DNA from: an uncultured Eubacteriales bacterium
GTDB taxonomy: Bacteria > Bacillota > Clostridia > Christensenellales > Aristaeellaceae
Reading direction: 5' to 3'
Assembly (NCBI GenBank): GCA_900553315.1
Contig: USCW01000001.1
Coordinates: forward strand, 19,949-83,948
DNA: 64,000 nt
Part shown: piece after piece, positions 56,429 through 64,000 of the stretch
How the letters are laid out: each line of letters begins with the position of its first letter
How positions within the stretch are numbered: the stretch's first letter is position 1
The notes under the pieces: model-generated
What the model saw: only the letters and a program-made list of their open reading frames with translations
Told to the model about the DNA's origin: nothing
Databases searched by the model: none
Program-made: the position numbers and the translations under genes

Positions 56429-58158
56429 GCGCCCGCCTCCTCTGCGTTCATCTGCGACATGCAAATCTCCTGATACGTGGGGCAGGTATCCAGCAGCTCG
56501 GTATGTGTGCCGCTGCCTACCACCTCGCCGTCCTCCATGACCAGAATACGGTCACATCCGCGAACCGTGCTGACACGCTGGCTCACCATGAACACCGTTG
56601 CGTGTTCCGCACGGCGGCGCAGCGATTTCCGAAGCGCCGCGTCCGTGGCATAGTCCAGAGCGCTGGAGCAATCGTCTAGAATCAGAATTTCCGGCTCCCC
56701 CACCAGCGCCCGCGCAATGGTCAAACGCTGCTGCTGACCGCCGGAGAAATTCTTGCCGCCTTGCTCGACCTTGCTGTCCAGTCCCTCTGGCAGACTGCGC
56801 ACAAACGATTCGGCTTGTGCATCCGTCAAGGCCTTCCAAAGCTCGGCATCGCTTGCATTAGGCTTGCGCCATTGTAAATTTTCTCGAACCGTACCGGAGA
56901 ACAACTGATTGCCCTGCGGCACCATACCAACCTTTTCATGCAGTTGCGTAAGCGGATAATTGCGCACATCCGTACCATCCAGCAGCACCGAGCCGCTACT
57001 TACGTCGTACAACCGTGGGATCATGCTGACCAGCGTGGACTTGCCGCTGCCTGTACCGCCAATAACACCAATGAGACTGCCTGCCGGGATCTCCATGGAA
57101 ATATTTTTTAGTGCAAGCGCAGCACCCTCATAGTAGCGGAAATTAACGTCGCGGAAGCTGATCTTAGCAGCACCGTCAACCGGCTTCACTTCGCTGTTGC
57201 CGTCATCCGTAATGCTGGGCTTGGTGTCAAAGATTTCATTGATACGCGCTGCCGAAGCCGCCGCCTTGGTGAAGGTCACGACCAGATTGGCGACTACAAC
57301 AAGCGCAATCAAAATCTGGGTCATATAGTTGATAAACGCCACAACCTCGCCCTGCGTCAGGCTGCCGCCATTGACCCGCTGACCGCCAAACCATAAAATA
57401 GCGATCATACCAGCATTCATGACAACAAAGGAAACAGGAGCCAGCACCGCCGACAGCTTGCCGATATGAATCGAATTTTCCGCCAAATCGGTACAGGCCT
57501 CATCGAAGCGGTGCTGCTCATCATTCTGCTTGCGGAAAGCGCGTACCACGCGAGCGCCGGACAGATTCTCACGGGTAATCAGCGAAACCCTGTCCAACTT
57601 ACGTTGAATCAACTTGTAAAAGGGCACCGAACGGCTCATTACCAGATACAGCACCAGTGACATCAGCGGCACAATCGCCAAGAAAACAAGCGACAGCTGC
57701 AAGTCAATCCGCATCGCCATCACAACTGCACCGATGACAAGGAACGGCGCACGCACCACCAGACGAATCAGCATCGCTACAGCCGTCTGCATCTGGTTAA
57801 TGTCGCCTGTCATGCGCGTAATCAGGCTGGGTGTGCCAAAACGATCCAGCTCCCGATAGGACAGCGTATTGATATGGTGAAACAGTTCCCTGCGCAAATC
57901 TGTACCAACGCCCTGCGAGGCACGGCTCGCAAAGGTCTGGCAGGTCAGCGAAGAAGCCAGTCCCACCAATCCCAGCACGATCAGCAGACCGCCACGTTGC
58001 CAAATGTAATGCACATCATGGTTGGCCACACCCACGTCGATCATGTCCGCCATGACCAGCGGGACAATCAGTTCAAAGATTGCCTCAATCAGCTTGAAAA
58101 TAGGCCCCGCAATCACTTGAAACCGATACTTTTTGAGAAACCTTGCCAAGCGTCTCAT
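56425..58158 (-). CDS. ABC exporter permease/ATPase, degenerate-site subunit of a heterodimer
   Basis: Walker A GGTGSGKST, signature FSGGQQQ, Walker B ILILDDCSS (Asp in place of the catalytic Glu). Confidence 0.88.
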   Translation of the reverse strand: MRRLARFLKKYRFQVIAGPIFKLIEAIFELIVPLVMADMIDVGVANHDVHYIWQRGGLLIVLGLVGLASSLTCQTFASRASQGVGTDLRRELFHHINTLSYRELDRFGTPSLITRMTGDINQMQTAVAMLIRLVVRAPFLVIGAVVMAMRIDLQLSLVFLAIVPLMSLVLYLVMSRSVPFYKLIQRKLDRVSLITRENLSGARVVRAFRKQNDEQHRFDEACTDLAENSIHIGKLSAVLAPVSFVVMNAGMIAILWFGGQRVNGGSLTQGEVVAFINYMTQILIALVVVANLVVTFTKAAASAARINEIFDTKPSITDDGNSEVKPVDGAAKISFRDVNFRYYEGAALALKNISMEIPAGSLIGVIGGTGSGKSTLVSMIPRLYDVSSGSVLLDGTDVRNYPLTQLHEKVGMVPQGNQLFSGTVRENLQWRKPNASDAELWKALTDAQAESFVRSLPEGLDSKVEQGGKNFSGGQQQRLTIARALVGEPEILILDDCSSALDYATDAALRKSLRRRAEHATVFMVSQRVSTVRGCDRILVMEDGEVVGSGTHTELLDTCPTYQEICMSQMNAEEAGA

Positions 58159-58184
58159 GCGTTTCCTTGTCCCCTCTTCTTTCC

Positions 58185-60188
58185 TTAATTCAATGCTACA
58201 TCTCGCAGGCGGTCATGGAAAAAGATTGCCGCCTGTGCCTCAATCTGTGCGCGTTCCTCCTGATGGGCCGCATTTTCCCGCAGTTCCTTCATGCAGCGCA
58301 CCGCCTCCTCCAGAAGCCGCACGTCGCCATCCAGCAAAAAGCCCGCCATAGCTTCTCCATGCTGGCGTGTGCCGAACAAATCACCGGGGCCTCGCAGCTC
58401 CAAATCCTTCTGCGCGACCACAAAGCCATCGTTCGTTTGTGTCAGCGTGCGCAGACGCTCATTGGGTTCGGCCATGAGGAAGCACCAGCTTTCTGCGCTT
58501 CCGCGACCAACGCGCCCACGAAGCTGGTGCAGCTGGCTCAAGCCGTAACGATCCGCATTTTCAATCAGCATAACCGTCGCATTCGGCACATTCACACCAA
58601 CCTCAATGACTGTGGTGGATACAAGCACATCCAGTTCTCCTTGCGTAAACGCCGCCAGCGTGCGCTCCTTTTCGTCTGCCTTCTGCTTGCCATAGGTCAG
58701 CCCCACGCGCAAGCCCTTCAGCGGCCCAGAAATTAACGCTTCATAATGTGCCGTAGCGGACTTTACCTCGGCCAAGGCCTCGCTATCCTCAACCAGCGGA
58801 CAAACAATATATGCCTGTCGCCCGGCAGCAACCTCTGCTCGCAGGAAGCCGTACATGCCCGCACGCTTTTCTTCTGGCACAATGCGCGTCTTCACAGGCG
58901 TGCGTCCCGGCGGAAGCTCGTCCACCACGGAAATATCCAGATCACCATATAAAATGAGTGCCAGTGTGCGCGGAATGGGTGTTGCAGACATCACCAGCAC
59001 ATGCGGAAGTACACCGTTTTCATCACCCTTCTGCTGTAACAGACTGCGCTGCCGAACACCGAAACGATGCTGTTCATCCGTTACGACCAGACCAAGGCGA
59101 TGATATATGACCCCTTCGCTCAATAACGCGTGCGTACCAACGACTACCTGCCAAGCGCCGCTTTCAATCGCCTGCAAGGCTTGACGGCGCTCCGAAGCAC
59201 GCATTCCGCCCAGCAGCAAGCCGCAATGAATACCCAACGGCTCCAGCATTTTTTGTGCGCTTTCCAAATGCTGACGCGCCAGAATCTCTGTTGGTGCCAT
59301 CAAGGCACCTTGAAAGCCACAGCTTGCCGCCGCCCATAAAGCGCCAAAAGCCAGCACTGTTTTACCACAGCCAACGTCGCCCTGCACCAAACGGCTCATA
59401 GGCCGCGGCTGACGCATATCTGCAAGGATTTCCTCCAGCACGCGCTGCTGTGCGCCCGTCGGAGGGAAAGGCATGTGCTGCCAGTAATCTGCCGCACAAT
59501 CTGCGGGCAACGGCATCGCAAGACCCTTTTCGCCACGCTGACGCATAAGCCCAATACCAGCCTGATATAGAAGCATCTGTTCGAAAGACAAACGCCGCCT
59601 TGCCATGCGCAGATTTTCCATGCAGGAAGGAAAATGCGCCTGTCGAATAGCAAAATTCTTTTCACAAAGACCGTGACGCAAGCGCACGCCCTGCGGCAAG
59701 GTTTCCGGACAGCATTCGTCCACCTGCTCCAGCGCCAGTTCCATAATCTTCAGCATCGTTTTAGCCGGAAGCCCTGAAACCGCACGATATACCGGAAAGA
59801 TGGTTGGCTCTGTCAATCGCCGGGGGTTCGTCATGATACGCTTACCATTTTTCTCCGTGACCCGACCATACAGCAGGTAGATTTCGCCGCCGTGAAGCTG
59901 TTGGCAGACCCAGGGCTGATTGTACCACACCAACGGCAAATCTCCGCTTTCATCCCGCAGAGTTGCTGCGATCTTTGTCAGACCGTTGAATCGGCTCAGC
60001 TTCGGATCAGCACGCAAAACGCCCTGTACAGCCGTCTCACCGACAGCCAACGCGCAGGGCGCGCAATGTGTACCGTCCTGATAGCTAACCGGTAAATTGT
60101 ATAAAAGATCGCGCAATGAGCAAATGCCCATTGCGCGTAAAGCTTCCAGCCGTGTTGGGCCAAGCCCTTTCAGGTCCTTCAGCTCCAT
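58185..60188 (-). CDS. recG: ATP-dependent DNA helicase RecG
   Basis: Wedge domain, GDVGCGKT Walker A, DEQHRFG, and the C-terminal TRG-like region. Start trimmed to ATG 60188. Confidence 0.93.
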   Translation of the reverse strand: MELKDLKGLGPTRLEALRAMGICSLRDLLYNLPVSYQDGTHCAPCALAVGETAVQGVLRADPKLSRFNGLTKIAATLRDESGDLPLVWYNQPWVCQQLHGGEIYLLYGRVTEKNGKRIMTNPRRLTEPTIFPVYRAVSGLPAKTMLKIMELALEQVDECCPETLPQGVRLRHGLCEKNFAIRQAHFPSCMENLRMARRRLSFEQMLLYQAGIGLMRQRGEKGLAMPLPADCAADYWQHMPFPPTGAQQRVLEEILADMRQPRPMSRLVQGDVGCGKTVLAFGALWAAASCGFQGALMAPTEILARQHLESAQKMLEPLGIHCGLLLGGMRASERRQALQAIESGAWQVVVGTHALLSEGVIYHRLGLVVTDEQHRFGVRQRSLLQQKGDENGVLPHVLVMSATPIPRTLALILYGDLDISVVDELPPGRTPVKTRIVPEEKRAGMYGFLRAEVAAGRQAYIVCPLVEDSEALAEVKSATAHYEALISGPLKGLRVGLTYGKQKADEKERTLAAFTQGELDVLVSTTVIEVGVNVPNATVMLIENADRYGLSQLHQLRGRVGRGSAESWCFLMAEPNERLRTLTQTNDGFVVAQKDLELRGPGDLFGTRQHGEAMAGFLLDGDVRLLEEAVRCMKELRENAAHQEERAQIEAQAAIFFHDRLRDVALN

Positions 60189-60193
60189 ACTGC

Positions 60194-61861
60194 TTACTCC
60201 ACAGAAATCAAGTAGTAATACAGAGGTTGTCCGCCCATATGGCATTCCACGTCGCAGTTGCCATAGGTATCCTGAATCTCAGCGGTAATTGCCTCGGCGT
60301 CCTCCTGCTTGGTGTCGGCGCCATAATATACGGTAATCAGCTCATCCTCATCGGTAACGATGGCCTTCATCATTTCCATGACAACATCATGTACGTTATT
60401 CCCGGAATATTCGATCGCACCGTTGTGCAGACCGATAATATCGCCAGCGCTGATATGCACGCCGTTCCACTCACTGTCGCGCACCGCATAGGTCACGGTA
60501 CCGGTCTTGACACGCTGAGCCGCCTCGGCCATGCGTTGTGCATTTTCTTCACCGTTCATATCCGGCTGGAATGCAACTGCCGCCGCAATTCCCATTGCTA
60601 CATTCTTGGTGGGAATCACATGAACTTCCTTGCTGGAAAGCTCTGCCGCCTGCTGTGCTGCAAGGATAACATTGCCATTGTTTGGGAACACGAAGACACA
60701 TTTGGCGTTGACTTTGTTGATGGCATCCAAAATGTCCTCAATCGAGGGATTCATGGTCTGTCCACCCTCAACAATGTGATCCACCGTCAAATCGCGGAAA
60801 ATCTGTGAGAAGCCCTCGCCCATGCTGACAGCCACCATGCCGAAATCCTTTTCAGGTTCCGCCGGAGTCTTAGCCGCCTCTTCAGCCGCCTTAGCTTCCT
60901 CAGCCGCTCGACGCTCATCAAGAATATTCTCAATCTTCAAATCTACCAGCTCACCCAGCTCCAGACCATATTCCAAGGCCTTGCCAGGGTTATTGGTATG
61001 TACATGCACCTTAATTTTCTCGCTGGCGGTATCCCCTACTACCAGAACGCTGTCACCGATGCGGTTCAAGCGGCGGCGGAAAGAATCCACGTCACCATCC
61101 GTGCAGTCGTCACGCAGATTCTTGATGGTGAATTCCGTGCTGTACGCGAAATTGATGGTCTCAATGGCACTATGGTCATCCTCGAAGCAAGGCTCGCCAT
61201 CCTCATGGGTAACAGCCACCGTCGCTTCAGAGATGTCCTCACCGCGCAGCACCGCCGCATATCCGGTATACAGATACATCAGGCCGCGTCCGCCTGCATC
61301 CACCACGCCCGCCTGCTGAAGCGCGGGCAGCATGTTCTGCGTCTGCTTCAGGATGGCCTCGCCGGTCCGCAGAATGACGGTCATCAGTCCGTCGTAATCT
61401 TCGGGATTTGCCTCTGCATACTTCATGGCGTCTTCAGCGATGACCCGAGCCACCGTCAAGATGGTGCCCTCCTTGGGCTTCATGACCGCCTTGTAGGCCG
61501 TATCCGCGCCGTTCTTCAGCGCCTTAGCGAACTCCACAGGCGTAATCTTCTCAATGCCATCCAGCGCACGGGCAAAGCCGCGATACAGCTGAGAAGTAAT
61601 CACACCGGAATTGCCGCGTGCGCCCTTCAACGCACCCTTAGCAAGCGCATGAGCCGCTTCGTCCGCCCGCAGATATTCCTTACTGTTGATCTCTCGGGTG
61701 GCGCTGCCCATGGTCAGGGACATGTTCGTGCCCGTGTCGCCGTCGGGAACGGGGAACACATTTAGCGCATCCACCGTCTCCCGGTTCTTTTCCAGCAAAG
61801 TTGCGCCGGCGACCACCATGTCGCGCAGCAGCAAACCGTCAATCGTTTTGAATTGAATCAA
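60194..61861 (-). CDS. DAK2-domain fusion protein YloV
   Basis: N-terminal DAK2 motif NVFPVPDGDTGTNM. Bacillus-type yloU-yloV-recG order. TTG start with GGAGG 8 nt upstream. Confidence 0.88.
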   Translation of the reverse strand: MIQFKTIDGLLLRDMVVAGATLLEKNRETVDALNVFPVPDGDTGTNMSLTMGSATREINSKEYLRADEAAHALAKGALKGARGNSGVITSQLYRGFARALDGIEKITPVEFAKALKNGADTAYKAVMKPKEGTILTVARVIAEDAMKYAEANPEDYDGLMTVILRTGEAILKQTQNMLPALQQAGVVDAGGRGLMYLYTGYAAVLRGEDISEATVAVTHEDGEPCFEDDHSAIETINFAYSTEFTIKNLRDDCTDGDVDSFRRRLNRIGDSVLVVGDTASEKIKVHVHTNNPGKALEYGLELGELVDLKIENILDERRAAEEAKAAEEAAKTPAEPEKDFGMVAVSMGEGFSQIFRDLTVDHIVEGGQTMNPSIEDILDAINKVNAKCVFVFPNNGNVILAAQQAAELSSKEVHVIPTKNVAMGIAAAVAFQPDMNGEENAQRMAEAAQRVKTGTVTYAVRDSEWNGVHISAGDIIGLHNGAIEYSGNNVHDVVMEMMKAIVTDEDELITVYYGADTKQEDAEAITAEIQDTYGNCDVECHMGGQPLYYYLISVE

Positions 61862-61893
61862 GGATATTTCCTCCGTTCACAGCGGGCGATGGA

Positions 61894-62244
61894 TCAAACG
61901 CGGATCCCTTCCACCGAAATATTGACTTTGCGTACCTTTACGCCGGTCATGCTCTCCAGCTTATAGCGCACGGTATCCGCAATGGTTTTGCAGACCTCGG
62001 CAATGGAGATGCCATATTCCACGATGATGAAGAGATCCACATCCAGCATGTCCCCGACGTTGCGGATCTGGACACCCTTGCTCAGATTCTCCCGGCCCAG
62101 CCATTCCACCAGTCCGTCCTTGGCGCGCTTGCTGGACATAGCGACGATGCCATAGCACTCCAGCGCGGCATAGCCGACAACCTTGAGCATGACATCTTCG
62201 GTGATATAGATGGTACCGATGTCATTCTTTATCTTGCATTCCAT
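61894..62244 (-). CDS. Asp23/Gls24 family protein (YloU-like)
   Basis: I....V...V..AA.E..G.V..... pattern and gene context. ATG 62244 preferred over TTG 62256, which abuts the GGAGG. Confidence 0.82.
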   Translation of the reverse strand: MECKIKNDIGTIYITEDVMLKVVGYAALECYGIVAMSSKRAKDGLVEWLGRENLSKGVQIRNVGDMLDVDLFIIVEYGISIAEVCKTIADTVRYKLESMTGVKVRKVNISVEGIRV

Positions 62245-62357
62245 AAACTGTCCCAACCTCCTTTATCCAATGCTGCCGTCCCATGGAGAGGGCAAGTGCA
62301 GAGGTGCCGCAGTACGAGCGGGCACATCAAAAAGCCGTCCGCACACGGTCATCTCTT

Positions 62358-62386
62358 AGTATACAAGAAAATGTGGCTTTTAGCAA
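62358..62386 (-). promoter_or_regulatory. sigma-A promoter for the yloU-yloV-recG-ABC unit
   Basis: Minus strand TTGCTA-17 nt-TATACT, about 115 nt upstream of the yloU start. Confidence 0.55.
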
Positions 62387-62412
62387 TGACTTTTTTCCTT
62401 ATTTTGTCGATC

Positions 62413-62426
62413 CGAACAGCCGTTTG
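62413..62426. promoter_or_regulatory. LexA (Cheo/SOS) box
   Basis: CGAACAGCCGTTTG against the Gram-positive consensus CGAAC-N4-GTTCG (9 of 10). Overlaps the -35 of the lexA promoter. Confidence 0.6.
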
Positions 62427-62452
62427 ATTTTTTTTGCGCCCTATGCTATACT
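62424..62452 (+). promoter_or_regulatory. lexA promoter
   Basis: TTGATT-17 nt-TATACT with TGc extended -10. Confidence 0.55.
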
Positions 62453-62483
62453 GAACAAAAGCTTTGCTAAAGGTGGGGATGAT

Positions 62484-63095
62484 ATGCAGCGTCCGCGTGG
62501 CGATAATCAGCAGCGTATCCTAGAATTTATTAAATCTGAAATTCAGGCCAAGGGTTATCCGCCCTCCGTGCGTGAAATTGCCAATGCCGTGGGCTTGAAG
62601 TCTACTTCGACCGTCCACGGTCATTTGATGCGGCTGGAAAAGAAGGGACTGCTCCATCGTGACGCGATGAAGCCCCGGGCCATGGAGGTGATCGGCGACC
62701 CGCAGTTTTCCGCACGCAACGCAACAACGCCAATTCCTGTGATTGGCCGCGTGACAGCCGGTCAGCCGATTCTGGCCGAAGAAAATGTGGAGGAGTATAT
62801 TCCTATCCCCGAGGCCATGCTGGGCGACGGTACGCACTTTATTCTGCTGGTCAAGGGCGAGAGCATGATTCAGGCCGGTATTATGGACGGCGACTATGTC
62901 GTGGTTCGCAAGCAGCCCGAAGCCAATAACGGCGATATTGTGGTTGCCATGATCGAGGACAGCGCCACGGTCAAGCGCTTCTATAAGGAAAACGGACATT
63001 TTCGGCTTCAGCCGGAAAACCCGACCATGGAACCTATTTATACCAAGGAGCTTACGATTCTTGGCAAGGTGGTTTCGCTTTATCGTATCCTGTAA
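62484..63095 (+). CDS. lexA: LexA repressor
   Basis: Winged-helix N-terminus (QQRILEFI...GYPPSVREI). Cleavage and catalytic region (AG cleavage site, GESM, VVAMI...ATVKRF). ATG 62484 with GGTGGGGA upstream. Confidence 0.93.
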   Translation: MQRPRGDNQQRILEFIKSEIQAKGYPPSVREIANAVGLKSTSTVHGHLMRLEKKGLLHRDAMKPRAMEVIGDPQFSARNATTPIPVIGRVTAGQPILAEENVEEYIPIPEAMLGDGTHFILLVKGESMIQAGIMDGDYVVVRKQPEANNGDIVVAMIEDSATVKRFYKENGHFRLQPENPTMEPIYTKELTILGKVVSLYRIL

Positions 63096-63110
63096 ACGTG
63101 AGGTGTGTTC

Positions 63111-63773
63111 ATGACGAATCCCAAGCCCCATCGAATTTCGATTCCCAAGTATTCGCTTTCCGAGGAGCTGCTCAACTCCATTTCTCATGGCGTAGGTGCA
63201 ATCTTCGGCATCGTGGCCACGGTGCTGTGTATTTTAAAGGGTTGTGCCGCCGGTGATCCATGGCGCATCGTCTCCGGAGCTATCTTCGGCGCAACCATGC
63301 TGCTGCTTTATTTGATGAGCTGCCTGTATCATGCGCTGAAGGTCAATAAGGCCAAGCGCGTATTCCGTGTTATCGACCATTGCACCATTTTCCTGCTGAT
63401 TGCAGGTACTTATACGCCCTTTACGCTGGTGACGCTGCGAGACTCCGTGGGCTGGTGGCTGTTCGGTGCGGTATGGGGCATCGCCATTCTGGGCATTACC
63501 CTCAACGCGATTGACCTGAAAAAGTTCTCGAAAATCTCCGTCGCTTGTTATTTACTCATGGGCTGGGCGATTCTTTCCGAGATCGAACCGCTTCGCGCAA
63601 ACCTTGCCCCCGGCGGTATTGCTTTGCTGGTGTGGGGTGGCGTTGTCTACACCGTCGGTGCGATTCTCTACGGCATCGGCTCCAAAGTGAAATATTTCCA
63701 TTCGATTTTTCACTTTTTCTGCTTGGGCGGCTCTGTGCTGCATTTTCTGGCGATTTATCAATATGTCCTGTAA
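63111..63773 (+). CDS. hemolysin III / PAQR family membrane protein
   Basis: Seven TM segments. Conserved SHG....., DHC.IF.LIAGTYTPF and HxxxH-like C-terminal FHFF motifs. Confidence 0.88.
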   Translation: MTNPKPHRISIPKYSLSEELLNSISHGVGAIFGIVATVLCILKGCAAGDPWRIVSGAIFGATMLLLYLMSCLYHALKVNKAKRVFRVIDHCTIFLLIAGTYTPFTLVTLRDSVGWWLFGAVWGIAILGITLNAIDLKKFSKISVACYLLMGWAILSEIEPLRANLAPGGIALLVWGGVVYTVGAILYGIGSKVKYFHSIFHFFCLGGSVLHFLAIYQYVL

Positions 63774-63788
63774 AATTCCACGCTTGCT

Positions 63789-63823
63789 CCCGGCTTGAGG
63801 CTTCAAGTCGGGAAATTTTTTTG
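63789..63823 (+). terminator. intrinsic terminator
   Basis: CCCGGCTTGA-GGCT-TCAAGTCGGG followed by AAATTTTTTTG. Confidence 0.7.
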
Positions 63824-63946
63824 AGAAAAATGCAAGCAGCGGAAGAAAAAGCCTTTATGGGCCGTTGGATGGATGAACTGGGAAGGTTCTTATAAGCCCA
63901 AACGCCGAGAAACGGATGCTATGCGCAGGTATCTACCAGACTTTCT

Positions 63947-63975
63947 TTGCATTTTTCGGCGCTTCGTCTTATAAT
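63947..63975 (+). promoter_or_regulatory. sigma-A promoter pointing out of the window
   Basis: TTGCAT-17 nt-TATAAT. Its target lies beyond base 64000. Confidence 0.5.
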
Positions 63976-64000
63976 ATGCTCGTTGTAGCCAAGGAAAAAG

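Noticed and set aside
62428-62435. T8 homopolymer in the lexA promoter spacer as a phase-variation tract.
   Set aside because: The tract is short. lexA is not a typical contingency gene. There is no read-level evidence available.
62454-62465. Second LexA half-site-like element GAACAAAAGCTT downstream of the lexA -10.
   Set aside because: Only the left half matches the consensus.
1-64000. Scan for CRISPR repeats, IS or transposase genes, prophage modules, toxin-antitoxin pairs, restriction-modification systems and known defence-system signatures.
   Set aside because: None seen. No regularly spaced direct repeats. No transposase, nuclease-methylase, or small paired ORFs of toxin-antitoxin type. 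Every multi-gene block matches a conserved Firmicutes housekeeping arrangement.

Overview
The window looks like a 64-kb core-chromosome segment of a Gram-positive Firmicutes bacterium. It is probably a spore-forming member of the Clostridia. That placement is inferred only from Bacillus/Clostridium-type gene order and a spoIIP homologue; no rRNA or other taxonomic marker is present. I support about 55 protein genes, two tRNAs (Thr-CGT, Pro-CGG), one FMN riboswitch, and a set of sigma-A-type promoters and intrinsic terminators.

The gene content is dominated by housekeeping synteny blocks:
- secG-yerC-pcrA-ligA
- deoB-punA
- tsaE-tsaB-rimI
- FMN riboswitch-ribU
- alr, then 5-formyl-THF cyclo-ligase, rsmD and coaD
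- spoIIP
- yabM-like flippase, yabN/mazG, hup and yabO, followed by ispDF
- pyrG, then tRNAs, proC and rnhA
- rbgA-rnhB-yraN
- comM-dprA-topA-trmFO-hslV-hslU
- yloU-yloV-recG plus a heterodimeric ABC exporter
- lexA and a hemolysin-III family gene

I found no CRISPR array, IS element or transposase, prophage block, toxin-antitoxin pair or recognisable defence system. I cannot honestly claim a clear new multi-gene system here. Many ORF-track starts are N-terminally over-extended; I trimmed them using Shine-Dalgarno spacing, gene coupling and flanking terminators.

The items that deserve a second look are:
1. A 1390-aa protein that fuses two GT-C-type membrane glycosyltransferase modules with CBM-like and discoidin-like ectodomains. 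It is inserted into the otherwise conserved yraN|comM junction.
2. A monocistronic 768-aa cytoplasmic orphan protein with no recognisable domain.
3. A structured 250-bp spacer between the convergent spoIIP and ispDF genes. It holds a 21-bp-arm hairpin and a perfect 19-bp inverted repeat bracketing 130 bp.
4. A 67-aa protein with eight cysteines and an internal duplication. It has its own near-consensus promoter and sits where codY lies in Bacillus.
5. An inverted codV-like tyrosine recombinase with a 9-bp palindrome upstream.
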